A stretch of 64,000 bases of DNA from Podarcis filfolensis (Eukaryota), in the NCBI GenBank assembly GCA_964270895.1, contig OZ185452.1; one strand, written 5' to 3'. The translations under genes were made by a program, and so were the position numbers. Of this stretch, positions 35,727-48,169 are shown in pieces (the stretch's first letter is position 1; every line of letters begins with the position of its first letter). Below the pieces are notes generated by a model. The model did no database searches, was not told where the DNA came from, and saw only the letters and a list, made by a program, of their open reading frames with translations.

Positions 35727-36788
35727 TAAGTGGTTTCTAACCTTGCACAAGTGCCTTGTGGGGTGGGGGTTGAAACTGTGAGGAAGAGGCCTCTCTAGAC
35801 AAAGAACAACAACAAACAATTCATTAACACCCTCCCAAAGCAGCTTGACAGAAGTCCTTAACACTAGAGCTTGCCTTTGTACATGTGAATGCAGCCTTCT
35901 CTCTAACCACTCACTCCTGCCCTTGGGCTTTGTCAACAGTGGAGTCGAGGGGAAGGAGGGCTGGTGTTTTAATTTCTTGAAATGGGATTCACAGCTCGCT
36001 CTCAGGTGTTTATTGAAACAACCTCAGTCTGCATCAAGGGGCCGTTGCCAAGAGAACAGACCTGCTGGGGAGCTGGAAATCGAACTAGGCCATCTGTCAC
36101 GATGGGTTAATTTTAAGACCTCACAACCTTGAGGGTGGTTCCCTGAAGGGTAAGAAAGTATTTGCCGCAGCAAATTTGCTGCCTGCCAGAACAATCCCTC
36201 TGCTAGCAATGGAACAGCAGGTACCTCGTTCCATGTTGTTGTTATTGTTGTTGTTGTTAACAGTCCTCTACCCCACTTCAACAAGCATGGTGCAGGACAC
36301 TGTCAAGGAAGGGTGCGGAATTTTAGTGCTAAGAAGAAATTGGGTTTTTAAAAAAGCCTTCCAGATTTCCAGGTCACCCTGAAAACCCCAAATCTGCTTG
36401 CTTTGGGGTAGTCGCTTTTATCCTTGCTTTAAGTACACAAGTTACAAGTCCTCATGGTGCAGTTAACAAATATGGGAGTTGAAGGAGGCCAAGTCACCCT
36501 GGCCAGTGGGAAGCAGATTAGAAATTGCCTAAATGTCCATGTTCATAAAGATACAGAATTTTTGTTATTGTACCTCCTGGTTTATAGCCTGTTGCACCCC
36601 AAAGACAGAGGGTGAGCTAAGAAGCACAAAAACCCAATTAGGGCAATTGTATTGCCACTCTAAAACCACCTTGAATAAATAATCAACTGAGCTCTGATTC
36701 TGGAAGGTGGGGCTTAGGAGGAGCTCCAAGGTAAGGAAATTGTAGGGTTTAAGTAGGCAAGGATTCTATCCTAGGCGGGGGGGGGGGG

Positions 36789-36955
36789 CGCACATTCACA
36801 CCATATATTTAAAACGCTATGGTGCCAGTTGAAATAGTCATGGCTTCCCCCAAAGAATCCTGGGAAGTGCAATTTGTTAAGGGCTACAATTCCTAGAGTC
36901 TTTTAACAATCAATCCCTCTTCCTAAAGAACTTTGGGGGTTTTAGCTCTGTGAGG
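36789..36955. mobile_element. Harbinger-like MITE (left half)
   Basis: CACATTCACACCATATATTTAAAAC...CATGGCTTCCCCCAAAGAATCC. Confidence 0.7.
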
Positions 36956-37309
36956 AGATGGGGGCCCATCTAGTCCAGCATCTTGTTCTCACTGGGGCCA
37001 ACCAGATGCTCCACTGGGAAGCCAGAAAGCAGGCCATGAACAGCTACTCTCCCCACTCACGTATCCTAGCAACGGGGGTTGAGAGGCACACCATGTCATT
37101 ACAGGAGCAGCCTGTATTGTCTTTCCAGTGCCTGTTGTAGACCTTTCTTTCCCCACTTTTTTCCAACAGGCCTTTTAAATGAAGGTTGTTTTTATCCCAG
37201 TCTGTATCTGCATTGGACTTGAAATGGTTTCTGTTACCAATGTTTTTATGCATTAGATATTTTACCCAGTCTTCAGCAGAAGGCCCCAAGGCAGGTTACT
37301 ACTACAACC

Positions 37310-37550
37310 ACCACCACCACCACTACTACTTTTCTTATTATTACCTGCATTTTTATCATACCCCTTTCTCTAAAGAGCACAAAGTAGCTCCCGCTTATTT
37401 AATCCCCACAACAAGCCTGTGAGGAATGTTAGGCTAAGAGGCATTGACTGGCCCAAGGTCACCCCCAGTGCGTGGCATGGCCAACAAGTGGGGATTCGAA
37501 CCCTGGTCCCTGCCAGGTCTTAGTCCGACATTCTTACCACTGCACCACAC
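37310..37550 (-). mobile_element. Squam3/MIR-like SINE
   Basis: GGCCCAAGGTCACCC core, GGGGATTCGAACCC B box. Confidence 0.75.
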
Positions 37551-38077
37551 TACACAAGCAGGATATTAAAACCAGTTAAAACAATTTACCATCAGAAGAA
37601 TGGGGGAGGGGGTCTAAAACACTATGACATGTTTTAAGGGAAGTAATTTGTAAATGAAACAAATAGATAAACAACACTAGCCACCAAGGCTAGTGGCCAC
37701 TGATGGCCTTATCCTCCGTGAATCTGTCCAACCCCCTTTAAAGCTATCTTAGTTGTTGGCCGCCACTGCATCTTGTGGTAGCCATATTCCTGGCCACTGG
37801 ATTCATTCCTAATATTTTAGAAGTGCAGGTTATGAAGAAGCGGCTGAAAGAGCCTGGATGGTTTATTTCAGCACTTGACAGAGATAGCGTAGACAGCAAA
37901 AACCCTCAAGCCAAGCATGCCTTCCACCACAGACCTTTGATTCTGGGCCATGACTCTGAGATGTCTGTCCTTCCCCAGTGACCTTGACAAGGAAAAAATA
38001 AAGCTTTGAGGCTTCAAGCTAGACCTAGCAATGTACTGATGAGTGTTTTTCGGGGGAGATAGTGGCCACATTGGCAA

Positions 38078-38399
38078 TACACACGTAAAGCACTATGATA
38101 CCACTTTAAACCGTCATGGCTTCCCCCCAAGAAACCTGGGAGCTATAATTTGTTAAGGGTGCTGAGAGTTGTTAGGAGACACCTTTCTCCCTCACGGAGC
38201 CACAATTCCCAGAATTCTCTGTGAAGAGGGATTGATTGTTAAACCACTCTGGGAATTGAAGCTCTGGGAGGGGAACAGGGCAATCTTCTAACAACTCCCA
38301 GTGCCCTTAGCAAACTACAGCTCCCAGTATTCTTTGGGGGAAGCCATGATGGTTTAAAGTGGAATCAGGGTGCTGAAAATGTGTAGTGTGAATGCGACC
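38078..38399. mobile_element. Harbinger-like palindromic MITE, near complete
   Basis: Both inverted arms present; ends GTGAATGCGACC. Confidence 0.8.
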
Positions 38400-38649
38400 T
38401 CAGTGGTTTCTGGCAGGAAGTTCCATCCCAGAACACACAAGACCCCTGATTTGAGGCCACCCCACATCTTTCCAACGACAATTTTGAATACTGAAATCTA
38501 TGGAAAGCATCAACTTGCTTTGCTGTGTGGGAGTGACAACCAACTGTGGTGTGAACTGCTCCCCAGATGGGCACATAACCTCCAGCCTTTGCTCCCTGGC
38601 CTATAAGACCACACTCTGTAGTTCCTATGTTTCATCCACCATCACAGCT

Positions 38650-38835
38650 GCTCAGATCCAGAGCATCTGCTTGGCATGAGGCCCCAGCTTCAATCCCAAT
38701 GGCGCCTTCAAGGAGGCTTGAGAAAGACCCTGCCCCCAGCCTGGAAGACCCTGAAGAGCTGCTCCCAATCAGTGTAGGCAATACTGAGCTATATGGGCCA
38801 ACAGTCCAGCTCAACATAAGGCACCTTCCTCTGTT
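38650..38835 (+). mobile_element. tRNA-derived SINE (Squam2-like)
   Basis: TCAATCCCAATGGC...CAGTGTAGGCAATACTGAGCTATATGGGCC...ATAAGGCACCTTCCT. Confidence 0.65.
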
Positions 38836-39104
38836 CCATCCCAGTCTCAGGAAAGAGACCTGGAAACCCAGCTAGGCTCCCAAGCAGCTCCAAACCACTT
38901 AATTGATGCACCACTCACAAGAGTCTGTGCTACTGAAAAGCACAGGTTCAACTTCAGAGTCAGCAAAGTCGAAGCACAAAGCAAGGGAAAAGTGACGTCC
39001 CCTTTGGGACTCTGCAGAAATGGCAAATTCTCCCCACCACCCATAGCACCATAAAGAGAGAAAAATGATGATGTACAATTTCTATCCATTTAATGCAAAC
39101 TGAC

Positions 39105-39158
39105 CTGCCGGTTCCTCTCGTCCGTAATCCTCTGGATCTGGATCTTTTTTCTCCCCAT
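39105..39158 (-). CDS. MEF2D: MEF2D first coding exon (MADS-box N-terminus, aa 1-18)
   Basis: Reverse complement reads ATG GGG AGA AAA AAG ATC CAG ATC CAG AGG ATT ACG GAC GAG AGG AAC CGG CAG = MGRKKIQIQRITDERNRQ, followed by donor GTCAGT (39104-39099). IQIQRIT is the MEF2D form (MEF2A/C have IQITRIM). Below the ORF-track length cutoff. Confidence 0.97.
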
Positions 39159-39415
39159 CTTCTCCGGAGATCCTCACGGTATGGGGCGGCTTAATTTTTT
39201 AATTTCCAAAAATTAAAAAAAAGGAAAACACCTTGTTTTTCAAAGTGCTGTCATCCAAAAAACCGTTTTGAAAAAACAAAAAAAGTAGAAAATCACAAAA
39301 TAAAAAACTAAGCACAAAAAAAGGTTTGTTGCCGCTTTTTCAGTTCATGGTATTCCACTTGTCTGTGCAAATCCAGATGCGTTGGGAATTTGTGATGAGG
39401 TTTAATAAAAGAAGC
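39159..39415 (-). other. MEF2D: 5' UTR part of MEF2D exon 2
   Basis: Strong acceptor TTCTTTTTCTCCCCCTCTTTTTTGTAG ending at 39416. A weaker alternative AG near 39190 cannot be excluded. Confidence 0.7.
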
Positions 39416-40378
39416 CTACAAAAAAGAGGGGGAGAAAAAGAATTAACACTATTGCTTTTTTCTCTTGTTATGTGGTACATTCAGAAGTAGCTTGCAGGAC
39501 AGATTTACAATGAGAAAATGGGGTGGGGTGATTAATCTGCACACATCATAGACACACTTCAGGGTTCAGTGGAGCCTGATTTTAAATGAAAGGTGGGGGT
39601 TCAAAGGTCTGCATGTGACAGACAGAAGAGTGTATCAGAACCCTGCAACCTGAGATGCTGCCTTTCTACCTACAGGGATAAGTGTTAAACATCTGGATAT
39701 GCTTTATGAGGAATGTAATGTTGGAACAGCTGCTTGGAAGTCAGGTCTTCCCTAGAAATGATATTATTCCCTCCATAAAGCCCCATATACCTTGTGTTCC
39801 CATGACATTACCAGTAGTATTTTAAAGAATAACAAATATATTATGGCATAATTTAGCTGCAACAGACAAGGTCAGCAACACTTCAGGAACCTGTAGAATT
39901 TGAAAGCCACTTCAACCCCCATTTGACCATGACAGTAGTAGTTCAAAAATTGTATTTCACATTCATAAAAATGTACAACAATGGGTGAAAATGGACAACA
40001 TGAATAAGTATTAAAATGTATATAAAAATGGAAAACAGCACCATTTAAGGCAGCAAAATGGCACCAATCTGTTCTGCCCTAAAAGCAACTGAACTCAGAA
40101 GAACCCAACAGCTCAGTTCTGGAACACATTTTTCTGGAGCCCTCCCCCTTCCCCACCCCCAGGGAACACCTTACGGAAAAGTTTCCACACAACACTTTGT
40201 CTTAGAACAAGTCCTGAAAGTGTCAAGGCCATAAACAGGAAGCACTCATTGTACACCTGGAAGACCCAGGGACAAAAGAGACATAACAAACAACTGAATC
40301 ATTTTCCCCTTTTGCAACTTCGAGAAAAGCAGCTCTTTTAAAGAAAAATAAAGAACGGGAAAAGCATCAGTTGCTTGA

Positions 40379-40680
40379 CTCCACATTCACAGCATACATT
40401 TAAAGCATTATGGTACTACTTTAAACAGCCATGGCTTCCCCCAAAGAATTCTGGGAGCTGTAGTTTGCCAAAGGCGCTGAGAGTTGTTAGGAGACCCCTC
40501 ACAGAGTGGTTAACAATCTATCCCTCTTCCCAAGGAAATCTGGGAATTGTAGCTCTAAGAGAGAGGAGAGTGTCTCCTGACTCAGCCCCCTTAATTATGG
40601 CTCCCATAATTCCTTGGGGGGACGCCATGACTGTTTAAAGTGGTAGGATGCTGCTTTAAATGTATGCTGTGAATGTGGGC
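40379..40680. mobile_element. Harbinger-like palindromic MITE, complete
   Basis: CTCCACATTCACAGCATACATTTAAAGCA / TGCTTTAAATGTATGCTGTGAATGTGGGC. Confidence 0.85.
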
Positions 40681-40971
40681 TCAATGTGGTATGGTGGTTA
40701 TTACAATGGAGATCAGAGTTTAAATCCTACTTGGCCCTAAAATCCACCGGTTAAGCATGGAGCCCCTAAGCCTAAACTACTTCAAAGGATTTCCGGAGGG
40801 GCATCTAGTGTTTACATGTCACTTTGCATGAAAACTAGCAAAGACTCTTGTGGCACTTTAAAGACTACACTTCACTTCATCAGGTGTAGGAGGTATTATC
40901 CTGGATTCAGGTACACGTCTACGTGGCTGGGGGACAGGGTTGTAAACCAGAGGGAAACAAGTTTTTAAAAT

Positions 40972-41312
40972 GTAAGAACTTAAGAACGTGTTGGATCGGC
41001 CAAGGACCCATCTGCTCCAGCATCCTGTTCTCACAGTGGCCACTCAGATGCATGCAGAGAACCCGCACACAGGACCCAAGTCAAGAGTTCTTTCCTCTCC
41101 TGTGGCTTCCAGCAACTGATATTCAGAAGCATTGCTGCCTCTGACCATGGAGGCAGAGCATAGCCATCATGGTTAGTAGCCTTTGATAGCCTTGCCCCCC
41201 ATGAATTTGTCCAATCCTCTTTTAAAGCCGTACAAGTTGGTGGCCATCACTGCCTCTTGTGGGATTGAGTTCTATAGTTTAACTCTGTGCTTTGTGAAGA
41301 AGTGCTTTCTTT
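40972..41312 (-). mobile_element. CR1 3' fragment
   Basis: TAAGAACTTAAGAAC tail, CAGCATCCTGTTCTCACAGTGGCC. Confidence 0.82.
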
Positions 41313-42837
41313 TATGTAAAGCATGCCAAAGAGTTCCGATGCTATCACTTGTGGATCAAACTGGGACAAAGGATTTTTAGCATACTGTATGTGTTAACTG
41401 GCTTACTGATGCCAGGACAGTGTGTGTCATCAAAAACTACTGGGTGATTTACTACTGCGAAGAAGTACGTAATTATCTCTGCAAACTTCTCTGCCTTTCA
41501 TTTCTCTCTGATCACACCCCGTAACAACTCAATCAATGTGTTGGGGGTGGGGTAGGGAAGAGAAGTTGACCAGGGAGTTCAAAGCCTATAATTTCTACAC
41601 TACAGCTGTGAGCCTTCCTTATACTTGCTGGCGAGAAACCACTGGCTCACTGGGACCTTTGCACTGCGATGAAACAATTCTGCAACTTCCCAGGATTGAT
41701 GGCTCAACACAACACAAACTGGCAGCTTTTTGGAAGGTGGGAAGGAACATGTGGAAGTGTGGAAGCTGGAGCAGGAAAATGGTACCCTCTAAAAGGGTCC
41801 AACACACCCCTACTAGCAATAATTAATTTTTGATGGGAAGAAATCACTTATTTATTTACTGTTGTTAATAACAACAGCAACAACTAGACTATTGCAAGTC
41901 TACATACATTTTAAAGCAAAGTCAGAAAACAGAAAACATGGTTTTTTGCTTCTCCCCCCACAATCCTATGCTGATTTTCCACTTCCTGACCCCGCCTCCT
42001 TCCCTGGCCCAGCTGTCTTCTGAAATTTCACCAACACGGTGTTGCTGCCCACACCTTGGCGCCTGCCTTTGCTATCTTGAGGACTAGAAGCTTTTAATTG
42101 TTTGTTTGCTTTTTTAACCACATGAACACCTTTGTGGCATTGATGATGCCAAGCACAATCAAGGCCGGACGAAGATGTCCTCAGAAACACTGCAGCCTTT
42201 GGAAGCCCAAACAGCTCAGGAGCATCATTAATGCATGCCCTCCTAGTTGCTGGACACTAGATCCTGGGCCACCCAGTGAAATATGGACAATTATCACACT
42301 GTGGGTATATAAACGGTAGAGTCCCCCAAAGATCAGTATTGGGACTGGTGCCTTTCAGCTGCCCTAAAACAACCTGGAAAGAAGGAAGAACAATGAGAAA
42401 GCCAAATTTACAGACAACTGGGCAGGCGGAGGATTTGACTCTGAGATCTGGATTTCCTATCTGTGGTTTCAAGTTGCTTTAAACTGTTTTTAACATTGTG
42501 TTTCAATTGTTGCAACCTAGCCTAAGGGTGAAGGGAAGGTAAATAACAACATAATCGACAATAATATGTTTAATGATATCTGGAGCCGCAAATGGCTTTA
42601 CATGAGGGGAGGCAGGCCTCTCTCCAGCAATTAGTCTCTGGTACCCCTGCCAGGGGAGAATGCCTCTCCTCACCTCAGCTAGCAAACTCTCTTTCTTTCT
42701 CTCTCACCCTAAATTGCTGAAAGACGTAAGGGGCAAAACAGAGATATAAAGATGTAGGCAGCTGGGATGCATGGATATAGATAGAGAGGTCACCATGGTA
42801 ACCATTACCATGGAGCAATTCTTCTCTCTCGTATATA

Positions 42838-43066
42838 CAGTGGTACCTCAAATTACAAACGCCTCAGGTTACAAATGCTTCAGGTTACAAACTCTACTAA
42901 ACTGGAAGAGTTACCTCGAGTTGAGAACTTTGCCCCAGGATGAGAACGGAAATCGTGTGCTGGCAGCAAGAGGCCCCATTAGTGAACGCACGCCTCTAGT
43001 TAAGAACAGTTTCAGGTTAAGAACGGACCTCCGGAATGAATTACGTTCGTAACTAGAGGTACCATA
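42838..43066. mobile_element. pogo/Tigger-like MITE, opposite orientation to the 4872 copy
   Basis: TA/CAGTGGTACCTC left TIR; internal sequence is the reverse complement of 4872-5096; right TIR decayed. Confidence 0.8.
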
Positions 43067-43127
43067 GTGTGTGTGTGTACTCTCTTTTTCAGCCTCCTTC
43101 ATTCCCTTTCCTCTCTGCACACTACAT

Positions 43128-43357
43128 AGAACTAGCATGGTGTAGTGGTTAGAGCATCAGATTAGGACCTGGAAGAGACCAAGGTTCAAATCCCCACTCG
43201 GCCATGACACTCGCCATGGGCCAGTCATTGCCTTTCAGCCTAACCTCCCTCAAGGGGTTGTTGAGGGGATTAAATGAGGAAGGGGACAACCACACATGCC
43301 ATCTTGGGACTCCTTCATGGAACAGGTAGGTTATAAATGCAATAAATAACAGTAATA
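43128..43357 (+). mobile_element. Squam3/MIR-like SINE
   Basis: GGTGTAGTGGTTAGAGC...GGTTCAAATCCCCACTCGGCCATG...TATAAATGCAATAAATAAC. Confidence 0.82.
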
Positions 43358-43617
43358 ACACAGAGATTTGGCAGCACCAGGTTTTTGAAGGGGTGGGGAC
43401 TCCTTCAAATCACAAGCTAAGAGCCACGTCATTACACTCAATGAGGCAGAAGATATGACCACCAAGTAACTGAACAATGCAAGCAGAAAACTGTGTAAGG
43501 TGCACAAATCCTTCTCACTGCCCTTCATAAACTATTTTGCCCATTAGACCCAACAAGACCACCAAATTAATGCAAGAATCAGGGAATCCTCAGAATACAG
43601 GAACCTCAAAATTTACT

Positions 43618-43850
43618 GCAGTGTAGATGTGGCATAGTGGACAGAATGCTGTCGACTAGGACTGTGGAGACCCATGTTCAGCCATGACCTTAGGGTGAAG
43701 GGCGGGCAATAAGTAAATAATGAAGATCACTGGGTGTCTTTATGCCAGTCACTGCCTAACCTACCTCAAAGGGTTGTCATGAGGATTAAGGTGGTGGAGG
43801 GCAGAACCTGGTATGCCACCTTGAGATCACTGGCATGTGATTAATAAATA
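43618..43850 (+). mobile_element. Squam3/MIR-like SINE, rearranged
   Basis: GACTAGGACTGTGGAGACCC head and CCTAACCTACCTCAAAGGGTTG body. Confidence 0.55.
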
Positions 43851-44109
43851 CATCACACAGAATGTAGCATCCCTCTGCAAAATTTTAAAGCACACAGCAA
43901 TGTGTGTTAGCAACAAATGTTAGCAATGACCATATTGCTCTGTCATGAACAGATCAGTGAGTCTTCACCACCTCAACTCATTCTTTGAAGGAACAGGAGC
44001 AAGCAGTCAAGCACAAAACTGCAACCCTGTCTCTCAGGCTCAGATTCTTGAAGGACAGGAACTTGCTACTTTGATTTTGGGTTGGGAAAGAGACCAAAAA
44101 GAGGCCACT

Positions 44110-44305
44110 GGGGCAGCCAGTGTGGTGCAGAGGTTAAGGGTGTTAGACTAGGACCTGAAAGACAAGGGCTTAAATCCCCACTCAGCCGTAAAGCTCACTG
44201 AATCACTCGCTCTCAGCCTAACCTACCTCCCAGGGTTGTTGTGGGGATTAAATGGGGAGGGGAAAACCATGTATATCACCTTGGAACTCCTTGGATGAAA
44301 GGGCC
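44110..44305 (+). mobile_element. Squam3/MIR-like SINE
   Basis: GCCAGTGTGGTGCAGAGGTTAAG...CTCAGCCTAACCTACCTCCCAGGGTTGTTGTGGGG. Confidence 0.78.
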
Positions 44306-44314
44306 TTCTTGGCA

Positions 44315-44515
44315 GTGGCACCCACCTTATGGTACGCCCTCCACTCAGATGTCAAGGAGATGTTTATATGACTTTTAGAAGACATCTGAAGATGAGCCCT
44401 GTAGAAGGAAGCTTTTAATGGTTGGTTGTGTTTTTATAGTTTGTTGAAAGCCATCCAGAGTGGCTGGGGCAACCCAGTCAGATGGGTGGAGTACAAATGT
44501 TGCTGTTGTTGGATA
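44315..44515 (+). mobile_element. L2-like LINE 3' end
   Basis: AGGGCCTTCTTGGCAGTGGCACCC...AAGCCATCCAGAGTGGCTGGGGCAACCCAGTCAGATGGG. Confidence 0.6.
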
Positions 44516-44561
44516 TAAATTCAAGCAAGAAAGCAGGCAGGGACTTCAGACTGTAAGTTTA

Positions 44562-44779
44562 CAGTGGTACCTCGGGTTAAGAACTTAATTCGTTCTGGAG
44601 GTCCGTTCTTAACCTGAAACTGTTCTTAACCTGAAGTACCACTTTAGCTAATGGGGCCTCCCACTGCCACCACCGAGCGATTTCTGTTCTCATCCTGAAG
44701 CAAAGTTCTTAACCCAAGGTACTATTTCTGGGTTAGTGGAGTCTGTAACCTGAAGCATCTGTAACCCAAGGTACCACTG
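44562..44779. mobile_element. pogo/Tigger-like MITE
   Basis: CAGTGGTACCTCGGG / CCAAGGTACCACTG, TA TSD. Confidence 0.9.
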
Positions 44780-44784
44780 TATAC

Positions 44785-45230
44785 ATTTAGTGGAGAAAGT
44801 GGATAGAGAAAAGTCCCCCCCCCCTCTTATAACATTAGAATTCACAGATGTCCAATGAAGTTGAATGTTGGAAAATTCAAGACAAAAGCAGTCTTCATAC
44901 AGCGTGTAAGTAATACTATGGAACTCACTTTCACAGGAGGTAGCATGGACGGCTTTGAAAGGAGATTAGACAAATTCAAGGAGGAGGAGGCTATCAAAGC
45001 TTATTACTCATCATGGCTGTGTACTTCCTCCAGTCTCAGCCTTCGTCTGCCTCTGAATGCCCAGTTGTTGAGAAGTACAAGTGGGGAGAGTGGCTGTTGC
45101 ATTTGTATCCTACTTGTGAGCTTCCCAGAAGAGACACCTGGTTTGCCACTGTGAGAACAGGATGCTGGATTAGATGGGGCCCCCTTTGGCCTGATCCACC
45201 TCTAAAGCTCCTCCTGGATTCTTGTGCTAA
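44785..45230 (+). mobile_element. CR1 3' fragment
   Basis: MKLNVGKFKT...DGFERRLDKFKEEEAI, a CR1 ORF2 C-terminus. Confidence 0.82.
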
Positions 45231-45773
45231 TCTGATGAACCAGTGGGGAGAAGCTCTCATGGATCAAGAGCTGAACCCCAAATGGTGCTACCTGGGATGT
45301 TATGGGTCCAACCTGAAAGAATCTGGAGTTTGCCGAATCACTCAGTTTTGGGGTAGGGAGGGAGAGGAGTTGCAGTGCAAAACATCTAGCAGGCAACACA
45401 TTTGCCAAGACTGGTGAAATGGTTGAGATGGGGTGTGTGTGTGTTTTTTTTTTTGCAGGCTTCGAAAATGGAAGAACTAGCCAGGTCTGTGCCGCCCCCC
45501 CCCCACTGCAACCCGCGCCTGAGCCAAGCAAGCTACCGCCTGGTGCACGGCACCACAAACCTTCTCTGTGAAAACCATTATGCACAAAGTATGATTATCC
45601 CAGCAATTAGCAGTCAAGTCAATTACATACAAGCAGGTGCTCGTTAGCACTGTGCCTTGTAATTCATACCCGACTCCCAATAAATTGCCTCAAATTGAAG
45701 AGGGGGAGAAGAGTTTGCTTTCTGCAGTGATGGGGGGGTGGCGGGGGGGGAAGCGAGTGAGAATTAAATGAAG

Positions 45774-45775
<2 letters not shown>

Positions 45776-45813
<38 letters not shown>

Positions 45814-45824
45814 TGTGTGTGTGT
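45776..45824. repeat. (GT)n microsatellite
   Basis: About 24 units with one interruption. Confidence 0.95.
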
Positions 45825-46371
45825 AAAAAAAAAACCCCACCCTCTTTTGGAATACACTTTTGCAAAAGCAAAAGGGTGGGAGCAGAAGTGCTTGGTGTGT
45901 GTGTGTGATTTTTTTTTTTTAATTGCAGCATTAACCATGAGGAACCATGTGAATCCAACCCGGGAAATCTGAACTGGGAGTGGGGAGGAGGGAGGGAGGA
46001 GAGAAAATTCCTTCACCAGCTCCATTCCTGTCATCATCCAGACCTTGAGCCAGGAGCACAATCCAGACATGTCCCAAGGGGAACATCGACATGTTTCCAC
46101 TGCCCTGTCCAGATCCTTTGTGACCAGCCCTTGCCCAGCTGATCCCGTTTCCCTTTCTGCTTAAGAAACAGGGACGCTCAAAAGAAACAAGGGGCAAGCT
46201 TTTGCCAGTTCCAAAGGACTGCTGGCCAGGCCCTTCCACCTGGGAAAAACAGCCAGAGTCCCCTCACTCAACACCAGCAGGTGAGTTCTACCTGCAGGAA
46301 GCTCAAATGATAGGACAAATTCCATCAGGTCCCCTGAGGAATTTAAGTAAGGGAGGGGAAAGAGAGAGAGA

Positions 46372-46373
<2 letters not shown>

Positions 46374-46412
<39 letters not shown>
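46374..46412. repeat. (CA)n microsatellite
   Basis: About 19 perfect units. Confidence 0.95.
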
Positions 46413-46415
<3 letters not shown>

Positions 46416-47443
46416 TATATTCCTGACCCAGATTGAATCATTCCCTGGAGAATATCAGGTGCCAGCTGTGGCTTCACAGCCCCTGCCAAATTCTACACTA
46501 TGCAGGTTGGGGTGAGCAGGAAGGGGAGAAGTGCAATCCTTAATATGTCTCTTTAAAGGGGGGGGCAAGAGGGAGGAAAATGGGCAGCTGGGGGGGGGAG
46601 AAACCCTTTTGTTCCTGCCACTGCTCATTCTGCTCTGCCCTAAACACAATTGCTAGGGGTAGGTCCAGGAAGACTGCCCCCCCCCAATATTTTCCCCAAG
46701 TGTTTCCAGGTAGGTAATGCATTGAGGAGGGAGAAGACAACTGAATTGGGAGGTTGATCTGGGTTTAGGGGGTGGAGTATTAATTTGCGAGACTGCATTA
46801 ATTTCAGATGACTTCATCTAGACATGATTTAGGGGGGAGTAATGAATGGGAAGGTGGTCAAAAGGCAATTGATGCAGGCTTCAGAGGTTTTGGAGTTGGG
46901 AAATTTATTGGGGGTAAATGAATGAAAGCACAACTGATTTGATGTGGGAGGGGGTACAAATTAATTGCAGGATTTTTTCTGGTGTGAACTGGATGGGAAG
47001 ATTAGTTGCCTTGCCTTCTTTGAGATTTAAATTCTAAATGCCCATGTGTGTGGGGGGGGAGAGATAATTCGCACACTGAATTTTTTCTGCACTGTGTGTT
47101 GCCCTCTTCTTTCCCCAGCATGTGTCCCCCACCCCCCCGCTCATCTTTCTCACAAGAACTTCCTCACTTTGTAAAAATACTATCACTTTCTTTTATCTGT
47201 CTCACTCTGCAAAAAATCCAGGCACAATGAAAAAGAGATGCAACATCAACTCCTGCAATCAGCAGACGGCACATGCTTCTGGACTGTCCAGGTCATATGT
47301 GGAATGTACATCTGTGCATGCCTCAACTCGGGATCAACTCAGTGATCATGCTCTGGAACTTTCCTGCTGCAAACCTGGCAGACTGAGCTCTAGATCTACA
47401 AGTGCACCACCTAGGCTGCAGTAACAGCCTTCTCAAGCACTTA

Positions 47444-47748
47444 GGCCCCATCCTCACTACACACTTAAAACAGTTGAATACCACAGTCATGGCTTCCCCC
47501 TGCCCCCCGACCCAAATCCTGGGTGCTGTAATTTGTGAGAGGTGCTGAGAGTTATGAGGAGACCCCCTATTCCCCTCACAGAACTACAATTCCCAGGATT
47601 CCCTGGGAAGAGGGAATGACTGCTAATCCCCTCTGGAATTTACAGTGGTATCTCGGGTTACAGACTCCACTAAGAATGGACCTCTTAACCCGAGGTACCA
47701 CTGTATAGCTCTATGAGAGGAGCAGGGGGGTTTCCTAATAACTCTCAG
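47444..47748. mobile_element. Harbinger-like MITE carrying a mini-Tigger insertion
   Basis: TTA/GGCCCCATCC left end; family body continues on both sides of 47643-47703. Confidence 0.75.
47643..47703. mobile_element. 61-bp minimal pogo/Tigger-like MITE
   Basis: TA CAGTGGTATCTCGGGTTA...TAACCCGAGGTACCACTG TA. Confidence 0.88.
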
Positions 47749-48169
47749 GTTCTTCTTCTTCTCTGTTCAGAAATGACTCCAGGTTTCTCAAACTGCTAGC
47801 AGGGTTTACCTGTGCAATCTCAAGACACAGACCAGCAAGTCCCCTGATCTTTGCATCCCATTCTTTTCAAATGGAAGAAGGTGATCACTAATCATTTACT
47901 TATCCCTTATTGCGGGGAGGAAGGGGAGTTTAATCAGGGCACATTTTACTAAAGCATATTAAGGGGGAAATCAGGTGCCATAGCAACAAGCTGAGAGCAG
48001 CCAAACACCTGTCTATGCATGGAACTTCCAAGTTTTTGCAGAACAGAGAACAGGCACCTGTTCCAACATACATTCTGGCAAACTAAATTAATAATACTAA
48101 TAACATGAAAATAAAATAAAATAATCTTTCATCTTTGCTTCTACTGCCCAGGTAAAGGCATTCAAATCA

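Noticed and set aside
45690-46426. ORFs with HTHTHT or VCVCVC runs
   Set aside because: Translations of (CA)n/(GT)n microsatellites.
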